Shown here one piece after another: positions 57,475-64,000 of a stretch of 64,000 bases of DNA. Source of the DNA: an uncultured Gammaproteobacteria bacterium (GTDB lineage: Bacteria; Pseudomonadota; Gammaproteobacteria; Steroidobacterales; Steroidobacteraceae); NCBI GenBank assembly GCA_963793685.1, contig CAWCBJ010000004.1:82618-146617 (forward strand), given 5' to 3'. Position numbers and translations under genes: made by a program. The stretch's first letter is position 1. Each line of letters starts with the position of its first letter. The notes beneath the pieces were generated by a model, which was given only the letters and a program-made list of their open reading frames with translations, was not told the origin of the DNA and searched no databases.

Positions 57475-58236
57475 ATGAATGCCACGTGGATCAGCCTGGT
57501 GGCTTTCGGATGCACCTTCTTTGCGGCCCTGGCGGGGATTTTCGTCCGGGAGCGATTGCCGGCGCACCATTTGAAGGGCGAGTCGCAAGAGTTCCTGAAG
57601 CTCGTGCTGGGATTGATCGCCACGATCACGGCGCTGGTGCTCGGCCTACTCATTTCCTCGGCGCATTCCGCATTCGATGCGCAACAGGCCGAAGTGCAGC
57701 GGCTCAGCGTCGATTATTACCAGATCGATCGTATTCTCGGCCGGTTCGGCACGGATGCGGCCGATGACCGCACCCTGCTTCGCAATATCGTGGCCTCCGA
57801 CATCGAGCGGATATGGGCCAACGACCGCAGCGGGACCGCGCGGTACGCTACGCTGTCGGTCGAGCGGGAGGGTGGGCGGCTTTTCGACGGTATCGCCAGC
57901 TTGCCCGCGAAGACCGATCTGGAACGGTTTGGGCAAAGCCGCGCGCTGCAGCTGCTCGCTAGCGTCGCGGAAACCCGGCGGCTTTTAGCGGAGCAATCGC
58001 AAGGCTCGCTTTCCCGGCCTTTTCTGGTCGTGCTCGTCTCCTGGCTGGTCGTCTTGTTCTTCGGCTTCGGCCTGTTCACGCGCATCAACTCGACCGTCGT
58101 GGCGGCCCTTGGCGTCGGCTGCCTGTCCGTGGCGGGCGCGATATTCCTGATCCTCGAAATGAACCAGCCCTACGGGGGATGGATGCAAGTCTCCAGCGCT
58201 CCTTTGCGCGATGCATTGGCGCAGATGAGCCAGTAG
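57475..58236 (+). CDS. DUF4239-like membrane protein
   Basis: Internal ATG at 57475 of ORF 57271..58236. Two N-terminal and two C-terminal TM segments flank a helical region. Layout resembles DUF4239. Assigned from memory, with no search run. Confidence 0.55.
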   Translation: MNATWISLVAFGCTFFAALAGIFVRERLPAHHLKGESQEFLKLVLGLIATITALVLGLLISSAHSAFDAQQAEVQRLSVDYYQIDRILGRFGTDAADDRTLLRNIVASDIERIWANDRSGTARYATLSVEREGGRLFDGIASLPAKTDLERFGQSRALQLLASVAETRRLLAEQSQGSLSRPFLVVLVSWLVVLFFGFGLFTRINSTVVAALGVGCLSVAGAIFLILEMNQPYGGWMQVSSAPLRDALAQMSQ

Positions 58237-58256
58237 CGCGTCGCGACGCTAACCCC

Positions 58257-59348
58257 ATGATGCATAGACCGCATCGGGCGCCAAGCTCGTGGGGGGATCT
58301 GGCACGCACGCTCGCCGGCCCGCCCCGCAGCATCTGCCTCATTCGGCTCTCGGCCATCGGCGACACCTGTCACGCCGTACCGCTCATTCGCTCGCTGCAG
58401 CGCAGGTGGCCCGAATGCCGGATCACGTGGATCATCGGCCGCATCGAGGCGAAGCTGATGTCGCTGCTGCCGGAAATCGAATTCCTCACGGTCGATAAGC
58501 TTCATTTCGCGGCCGAGTGGGCGCGGCTGCGGCCGCAACTCGCCGGACGGCGATTCGATCTGCTCCTGCACCTGCATGCAACCATGCGCGCCAACCTGCT
58601 GTGCGCGCTGGTACGCGCGCCGATCAAGTTGGGGTTCGATCGGACGCGGGCGCGCGATCTGCAGTGGCTTTTCACCAATCGCCGGATCGGTGCGCGCCGC
58701 TGCGAACATGTGCTCGACAGTTTTTGGGCGTTCGCCGAGGCGCTCGGTATTTTCGACCGCCGGCTCGAATGGAACATCCCCTTGCCGGCGGAGGCGGTCG
58801 CGTATGCGCGGCGGATCATTGCCGATTCGCGCACAACTTTGCTGATTAGTCCGTGCTCGAGCCACGCGTTGCGTAACTGGCGACCCGAGTTCTACGCGCA
58901 AGTGGCCGATCATGCGGCGCGGCGCTGGAATATGCGCGTGGTGCTTTGCGGCGGCCCGAGCGGGATCGAGCGCGAAACGGGCGATCGCATCATCGCCGCA
59001 TCGACCTGTACGCCCATTGACCAGATCGGCCGCGACACGCTGCCGCAAATGCTGGCCTTGTTAAGTGAGGCGACCGTGCTTCTGACGCCGGATTCGGGGC
59101 CCGCTCACATGGCGACGGCGGTCGCCACACCGGTCATCGGCCTGTACGCGGCGACCAATCCGGCGCGCAGCGGCCCCTACCTGAGCCAACAGTGGTGCGT
59201 CAACCGCTTTCCGCAGGCAGCCAGAACCTTCATGCGCTGTGAACCTGAACAGTTGCCGTGGTGGGTGAAAATCGAGCGGCCGGGCGTCATGGATTTGATC
59301 CAGCCGCTCGATGTGATCGAGCGACTGGATCAATTCATGCGCCGCTAG
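58257..59348 (+). CDS. glycosyltransferase family 9 (heptosyltransferase-like)
   Basis: ICLIRLSAIGDTCHAVPLIRSLQRRWPECRITWIIG and LLLTPDSGPAHMATAVATPVIGLYAAT are GT9 hallmarks. Confidence 0.85.
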   Translation: MMHRPHRAPSSWGDLARTLAGPPRSICLIRLSAIGDTCHAVPLIRSLQRRWPECRITWIIGRIEAKLMSLLPEIEFLTVDKLHFAAEWARLRPQLAGRRFDLLLHLHATMRANLLCALVRAPIKLGFDRTRARDLQWLFTNRRIGARRCEHVLDSFWAFAEALGIFDRRLEWNIPLPAEAVAYARRIIADSRTTLLISPCSSHALRNWRPEFYAQVADHAARRWNMRVVLCGGPSGIERETGDRIIAASTCTPIDQIGRDTLPQMLALLSEATVLLTPDSGPAHMATAVATPVIGLYAATNPARSGPYLSQQWCVNRFPQAARTFMRCEPEQLPWWVKIERPGVMDLIQPLDVIERLDQFMRR

Positions 59349-59974
59349 AACGGCAGCCCGTGCGCCTGGCCGCCCATACACATCAGCATGGGCAACGACA
59401 AGATAAAATTGATGCGCGATGCCCGGCCGGCGGTCTTGCGCGCCGCTGCCTTCTCATCGTCCGTTGCCGGCACCATTCCGAGGATTTTCTTCTGATTCGG
59501 CCAGATGAATACCCACACGTTGAGCAACATGATCGTTCCGAGCCACGCGCCGACGCCTATCGTGCGAAATCCAGGCTGCAAGGTGAAGGCGTTGACGATG
59601 CCGCTCCCGTTGCCGCTCCCGTAACCTCCGAGCAGGTAGATCGCTCCGGTCACCCAGGTGGCCACCGCGGCCCATCGGAACCACAGCAGCGCCCGCGGCG
59701 CTATGTACTTCGATACACCCGCGCCGCCGGGGCCGCCTTTGTCGGCGGCCGCGGCCGCGAGCCCCGGCGTCTGCACCACGTTGAAGTAGTACAGCAGGCC
59801 GATCCACATGACGCCCGAGAGGATGTGCAGCCACCGATCGACGCGCACCGGATGAAAATCGGTACCTACTCCTGCCCAAGCGGTGAGCCAAGAGCCGATG
59901 ACGACGGCGAGTACGACGCCGGTCGTGATGGCGCCCTTAACGGAATTGAGCGGATGCATATGAATAGCTCCCAT
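59345..59974 (-). CDS. membrane protein resembling the N-terminal membrane domain of urate hydroxylase PuuD
   Basis: 209 aa. WLHILSGVMWIGLLYYFNVVQTP...LLWFRWAAVATWVTG. No cytochrome c domain. Assigned from memory. Confidence 0.5.
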   Translation of the reverse strand: MGAIHMHPLNSVKGAITTGVVLAVVIGSWLTAWAGVGTDFHPVRVDRWLHILSGVMWIGLLYYFNVVQTPGLAAAAADKGGPGGAGVSKYIAPRALLWFRWAAVATWVTGAIYLLGGYGSGNGSGIVNAFTLQPGFRTIGVGAWLGTIMLLNVWVFIWPNQKKILGMVPATDDEKAAARKTAGRASRINFILSLPMLMCMGGQAHGLPF

Positions 59975-60077
59975 GGTTGTTGATTCTGATTCGCGTTTCG
60001 GCTTGGGGTAGTGTATCGCGGGGCGGAGCCGACCCCAAGCGATCCGTGCCGGCTTGCGCGGAATACTCGACAGGCTC

Positions 60078-61014
60078 CTAGGGTTTCGACAGCGGCTCGA
60101 CGTCGTGGAACTTGCCGTAATCTATGTAGAGCGTACCGTCCTCGGCCAGCTCCAGGATGTCGCGGAAGGCTTCACTCGAAGCGGATGGCGGTGCTCGGAT
60201 ACTCCTCACGCGCCATCAGCGTCTGGCCGGTCGTCTCATCGGTGCCGCTGACGCTCAATATGAAGGAGCTCGCCGATTGGCGCAGCGTTTCCGGCGTCTC
60301 CGTCTTGAGCGGACTTGCCTCATCGATGATGTGCATGATGTTCCAGCCGAGGGCGAACACCGGATGCTGGGAACGCACCAGCGGCAAGTCGATGATGCGG
60401 CGAATGCGAAAGCCCTCTTCGGTCACCTCGTTGCGCAGCATGCGCAGCTGTGCCGAGGCTTCCTGCACCACGTTCTGGCGCGCATTGGCGGCTCTGAACA
60501 TGAGTGTCGGCTTGCCGTCGATCGGGCGCACAACGGCGTACCTCGCGAACAGAAAGCGCGCCCGCGGACGCGAGAAGCGCGCAAACATGAGACCGGTGAT
60601 CAGCGCGAGCATCATCAGCCCGATGAAGATCTCTATCATTGCAACCACATGGCCATACAAGGTCTGTGGGTGCATGTCGCCGTAACCGACGGTGGCCAGC
60701 GTCTCAACGCTGAAGAAGAACGCACCAACGAAACCAGGTGGATTCAGATTGGCGATACATCCCGGCACCAGAGCGTACAGGCAGCCGAATAGGACATCGA
60801 AGGCCAGAAACAGCACGGCAATGGTGCCGAACAACTGCGGCCAACTCATCGTCATGAAGTAGTGGTACAGATCCTGCAGTACCGGGCGAGTGATTCCCTG
60901 CGTGATGACCTCGCGTTGGCCGACCTTGATGCGCCGCAGCCCGCTCGCACGCGACCGAGTGGGGTTGATGTGCGCGTGAGGCCGTTTGGCAGCTGGGTGT
61001 TTGTCGGCGCTCAT
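60078..61014 (-). pseudogene. inward-rectifier-type K+ channel (KirBac), +1 frameshift near 60174-60182
   Basis: Selectivity filter TVGYGD and the Kir cytoplasmic domain. ORF 60172..61014 stops at ...EEYPSTAIRFE. Hand translation of the next frame gives (S)EAFRDILELAEDGTLYIDYGKFHDVEPLSKP-TAG(60078), the expected Kir C-terminus. The span is 937 nt = 3n+1. Confidence 0.8.
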
Positions 61015-61032
61015 CGGGTGAATCGTAGGCGG

Positions 61033-61200
61033 ATGTCGGTTATCGCGCTCGGTATTATTTGGGGGCTGCCGTATTTCTTCGTCAAGTTGGTAGTGCCCGA
61101 ACTGTCCCCGCTGGTCATTGCCTGGGGACGGGTCTCGCTCGCGACCTTGATCTTGTTGCCGATTGCGTGGCAGCGCGGCGCGTTGCGCCTCTTAGTTCGC
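61033..61200 (+). pseudogene. 5' remnant of an EamA/DMT-family transporter gene
   Basis: MSVIALGIIWGLPYFFVKLVVPELSPLVIAWGRVSLATLILLPIAWQRGAL resembles the first two TM helices of EamA-type transporters. The rest of ORF 60862..61326 is non-membrane junk, and no continuation appears in any frame. Confidence 0.45.
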
Positions 61201-61405
61201 AAGCCGGACCGCGGCAAGGACTGTGCGAGCGGGCGCCAGGGCGGCTTGAGTTCCAGGACCGCCCGAAAAATTCCCGCATTGCGCGGATGTGACATAAACC
61301 GGTTTCACGGTGTTTGTCGCAACTAAGAGACGCTCATCACGGATTCATTCGGCGAGCTTGGCCAATATCTTGTTCAATTCCGGAACCCTTCGTGGAAAGA
61401 CAATT

Positions 61406-63133
61406 ATGGCGAGGCCGTTGAGCGGGGATATCTGGCACTTGAGCATCGACGACCTGCTGGCGCCATTGCCGGAATCGCCTCGGCTGGGTGGCCCGGGACC
61501 ATTCGTGATCAACTTAAGCGCGTCCACGGCGCCGATTAGCGAACCCATCAAAGGCGTGGTCGGCTGTCCCGACGCGCATGTCTATCAGATTCAACGTACC
61601 GAGGACCGGCGCCTGCGCTACCGGCTGCGGCTCGGTCCATTCTCGACCGAAGACGAAACCGATGCCGTCCTCGAGAAGGTACGCGATATCTATCCCGGCG
61701 CTTTGACAGCGACAGCGGAAGCGGACGATTTACGCGCGCTGGAAGCCATCCAGGCGAAGATCACTGCGCACACCAAAGCCGCTGCGCAGCCTAAAGTTGA
61801 TGTGCAACCTAAGGTTCATGCGCAGCCTAGGGTTCATGCGCAGCCTAAGGTTCATGCGCCGGCAATAGCTGATGCGCCGGCCATAGTTGATGCGCCGGCG
61901 GCGATCGATGTAACGCAGCCACCGCGTGTCTCCATACCGGTGCTCAGCGAGGAGGTGCCGCTGGCTCGACCTAAGCCGGTACGCCAGCCGCTGCCACGTG
62001 AACGGCGGTCGAATGTCGCGGGCACTGTGATGGATCGGGCGCCGCCGCCAGCCGCGGCGCCAGAGGTCAAGCGGTGGGTCGCGGAGCCGCCGGTGATGGA
62101 ACCGTCGGTCGCCAAGCCGCCGCGGGCCCAATCGCCGCAAGCCGCCGCGCCAGAGGTCAAGCCGTGGGTCGCGGAGCCGCCGCTGGTGGAACCGTCGGTC
62201 GCCAAGCCGCCGCGGGTGCAGTCGCCGCAAGCCGCCGCGCCAGACGCCGTACCGTGGGTGATGGAGCCGCCGTTGGTGGAACCGTCGGTCGCCAAGCCGC
62301 CGCGGGTGCAGTCGCCGGCAGATGCGGTCGCAGACGCCATACCGTGGGTGGTGGAGCCGCCGGAAATGCAACCGTCCGTGGCCAAGCCGTCGGTGCCCAA
62401 GCCGCCGCCGGCGCAGCCGCCGGCAGCCGCCGCGCCGGACGCCATACCGTGGGTGGTAGAGCCGCCGGCAGTGCAACCGTCGGTGGCCAAGCCGTCAGTG
62501 CCCAAGCCAGCGGTGCCCAAGCCAGCGCTCGTCAAGCCGTCCGCAGTCCAATCGCCGGTTGTCCGGCCGGTGGCGGTCAAACCGTCGGCGGCGCCCGCCG
62601 CGGCCCCGAAATCCGCCGAGCAACTCGAGGCCAAGTTGCCGAGCTTCGAGAGCACACAAACGATACGACCCCTGACACCGCTCGAGTTGGAGGATGCGGG
62701 GGCGTCGCGCTGGTTTGTGATCCAACTGTCGACTGCCGAACAAGGCTTCGACCCGGACAGTTTGCCCAATCTCGATATTTTCAGCGTGTACCGCTTGTAC
62801 TCCGTGGCCGGCCTCGAGCAAGACCGAGTGATGCATGCGCTGCGCCTGGGATTCTTCAGCGATGAAATCGCCGCGGGTGCGGTGGCAAGCTATCTGGCCG
62901 CCTTTTACCAAAGCTCGACTGTGAAGCGGGTGAGCGCCGCCGAACGACAGCGATTTGCCGATGAACGTTTCGAGGCGCGCAAGGACGTCGGCGCCACGGG
63001 CCAACACGCGGCGATCGAGATCACCAGCGACCGGGTTGTTCGCGAAAGCCGAATCGCCAGCGCCACCCCGGCAAAATCCGCGGACCCGCCAAGCGCGCCG
63101 CGAGCCGTCGCCCAAAAGAGCCGCTGGTTCTGA
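61406..63133 (+). CDS. repeat-rich protein with N- and C-terminal SPOR-like domains
   Basis: ATG at 61406. N-terminal VINLSAS...YRLRLGPFSTEDETDAVLEKVR and C-terminal WFVIQLS...HALRLGFFSDEIAAGAVASYL resemble SPOR folds. The central Pro-rich region is tandem repeats. Confidence 0.65.
   Translation: MARPLSGDIWHLSIDDLLAPLPESPRLGGPGPFVINLSASTAPISEPIKGVVGCPDAHVYQIQRTEDRRLRYRLRLGPFSTEDETDAVLEKVRDIYPGALTATAEADDLRALEAIQAKITAHTKAAAQPKVDVQPKVHAQPRVHAQPKVHAPAIADAPAIVDAPAAIDVTQPPRVSIPVLSEEVPLARPKPVRQPLPRERRSNVAGTVMDRAPPPAAAPEVKRWVAEPPVMEPSVAKPPRAQSPQAAAPEVKPWVAEPPLVEPSVAKPPRVQSPQAAAPDAVPWVMEPPLVEPSVAKPPRVQSPADAVADAIPWVVEPPEMQPSVAKPSVPKPPPAQPPAAAAPDAIPWVVEPPAVQPSVAKPSVPKPAVPKPALVKPSAVQSPVVRPVAVKPSAAPAAAPKSAEQLEAKLPSFESTQTIRPLTPLELEDAGASRWFVIQLSTAEQGFDPDSLPNLDIFSVYRLYSVAGLEQDRVMHALRLGFFSDEIAAGAVASYLAAFYQSSTVKRVSAAERQRFADERFEARKDVGATGQHAAIEITSDRVVRESRIASATPAKSADPPSAPRAVAQKSRWF
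61784..61909 (+). repeat. 7 x 18-nt in-frame tandem repeat (AQPKVH x4, then APAIxD x3)
   Basis: Units gcgcagcctaaRgttcat and gcgccggcNatagYtgat, read directly from the sequence. Confidence 0.9.
62051..62530 (+). repeat. tandem coding repeat: three 90-nt units at exact 90-nt phase (62051, 62141, 62231) plus two degenerate longer units
   Basis: Units encode AAAPEVK(R/P)WVAEPP(V/L)(M/V)EPSVAKPPR(A/V)QSPQ. Units 1 and 2 differ at about 7-8 of 90 nt. Confidence 0.9.
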
Positions 63134-63253
63134 TCCTTAGCGGCGAGGCCGCGGCCCCGTTCGCGCCACGAGCGCAAGCGCCTTCCTCCTGCTTTCTTGT
63201 ACACTCGATCCGACGGTCGCTGAGCGCGCCCGAGCCGCGGCGGATGGAGATCG

Positions 63254-64000
63254 ATGATGGGGGAAGCGAAGCGGGAAGTCCTCGGGTGGGTCGATAGCCA
63301 TTTGAGCGAACTGTCCGATTGGCACGATGTCCTGTGGCACTTTGCGGAGCCGGCCTTTCGCGAGTACAAGTCGAGCGCGTGGTATGTCGAATGTCTGCGT
63401 GCGGCCGGCTTTACGGTGGAGGTTGGCTCCGGCGGGATGCCCACCGCGTTCGCGGCCTCCTTCACCAATGGCCCCGGACCGACCGTCGCCACTTATGCCG
63501 AATACGATGCGGTTCCCGGCAATTGTCAGGCCGCCACCACCACGCGCCAACCGCGGCGCGGGCTATCAAAGTATGCCCCGGGGCACACCGATCCGCATTC
63601 GGCCCTCGGCATCAGCGCGCTCGGCGGCGCGCTCGCGGTGAAGGCCGTGATGCAGCAGCGCGGCATTGGCGGAACGCTCAAGCTATTCGGTGAGCCGGCC
63701 GAGAAACTTAGGGCCTCGAAGCCCATCCACGCGGCGAAGGGGTATTACAACGCGCTCGACGCAGCGGTGAGTTTTCACCCGCACTATTTGTCGCCGCTTT
63801 GCAATACGGTCGCGTGGGACACTCACTGTGGGGTTGGCTACAACTACATTTATACCTTCACCTGCGCGGACCCGGAGAACTGGATCGCCGCCGATCGCGT
63901 TAACCCCATCCCCCAGAATCATCTGAGCGCGCGTGCGCCCGGGGCTAACGATGCACTGATGCTGTTCTATCATCTGAACGAAGGCTTGCGCCGATCGATG
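63254..64000 (+). CDS. M20-family amidohydrolase (AbgB-like), 5' part; continues beyond the window
   Basis: Absent from the ORF track because there is no stop in the window. Hand translation gives MMGEAKREVLGWVDSHLSELSDWHDVLWHFAEPAFREYKSSAWYVECLRAAGFTVEVGSGGMPTAFAASF...ATYAEYDAVPG...GHTDPHSALG, open to position 64000. Confidence 0.7.
   Translation, partial: MMGEAKREVLGWVDSHLSELSDWHDVLWHFAEPAFREYKSSAWYVECLRAAGFTVEVGSGGMPTAFAASFTNGPGPTVATYAEYDAVPGNCQAATTTRQPRRGLSKYAPGHTDPHSALGISALGGALAVKAVMQQRGIGGTLKLFGEPAEKLRASKPIHAAKGYYNALDAAVSFHPHYLSPLCNTVAWDTHCGVGYNYIYTFTCADPENWIAADRVNPIPQNHLSARAPGANDALMLFYHLNEGLRRSM

Noticed and set aside
60001-60040. 9-bp inverted repeat GCTTGGGGT...ACCCCAAGC downstream of the Kir gene as a rho-independent terminator
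   Set aside because: The loop is 22 nt and there is no U-tract on the minus strand, so it is not a convincing intrinsic terminator.
3547-60182. Programmed ribosomal frameshifting as the explanation for the split genes
   Set aside because: I saw no shared slippery heptamer or downstream structure at the junctions. The genes concerned (pqqA, pabB, gspH, emrB, addA, Kir) are not known to use recoding. Five events in one gene is implausible for recoding.
60862-61326. 154-aa ORF as a genuine gene
   Set aside because: Only residues encoded by about 61033-61200 look like a real (EamA-type) membrane protein. The upstream part overlaps the Kir gene start, and the downstream part is junk. It is therefore treated as a remnant.
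62051-62530. Regularly spaced repeats that could be mistaken for a CRISPR array
   Set aside because: The repeats are contiguous with no unique spacers. They are 90 nt long, in frame, and lie inside a long ORF encoding a Pro-rich linker. No cas genes are nearby.

Overview
High-GC proteobacterial chromosome segment. The fabD-fabG-acpP-fabF...pabC-mltG-tmk-holB-pilZ synteny looks gammaproteobacterial. About 65 genes are densely packed on both strands. I recognised no rRNA, tRNA, CRISPR array, transposase or integrase. In order: exbB(partial)-exbD-exbD-TPR; a Prx5-type peroxiredoxin; a fused kinase/class-III aminotransferase; pqqABCDE (minus strand); iclR-etfBA; an oppBCDF-like ABC importer with no binding-protein gene; an addB/addA-like helicase-nuclease pair; a stand-alone uppS paralogue behind a membrane-protein/wHTH-regulator operon; a type II secretion half-operon gspGHIJKLMN with a rhombosortase-like gene divergently abutting gspG; the fab/pab/mltG/tmk/holB/pilZ housekeeping block. 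An accessory-looking stretch follows: bPH-SHOCT protein, dual-cNMP-binding/rhodanese protein, FadB-like enzyme, EEP-family protein, TIR-like protein, an RND pump fragment next to an AT-rich scar, and an orphan outer-membrane factor (OMF). Then marR-OMF-emrA-emrB, an MFS transporter, a REC-GGDEF-EAL protein, an amidase, SYLF and DUF4239 proteins, a GT9 glycosyltransferase, a KirBac-type K+ channel, a repeat-rich double-SPOR protein and a partial M20 amidohydrolase. The most striking signal is at least 13 single-nucleotide indels, 12 of them +1 insertions, interrupting otherwise well-conserved genes (kinase/aminotransferase, pqqA, addA x5, gspH, pabB, emrB x3, kirBac). Base-calling or assembly artefacts are the most economical explanation, but five hits in addA alone and two separate gene remnants (RND, EamA) leave real gene decay possible. 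I found no convincingly new multi-gene system. The best leads are the rhombosortase/T2SS junction with decorated minor pseudopilins, a recurrent 12-mer operator candidate linking a wHTH regulator to uppS, and a stand-alone TIR-like gene.
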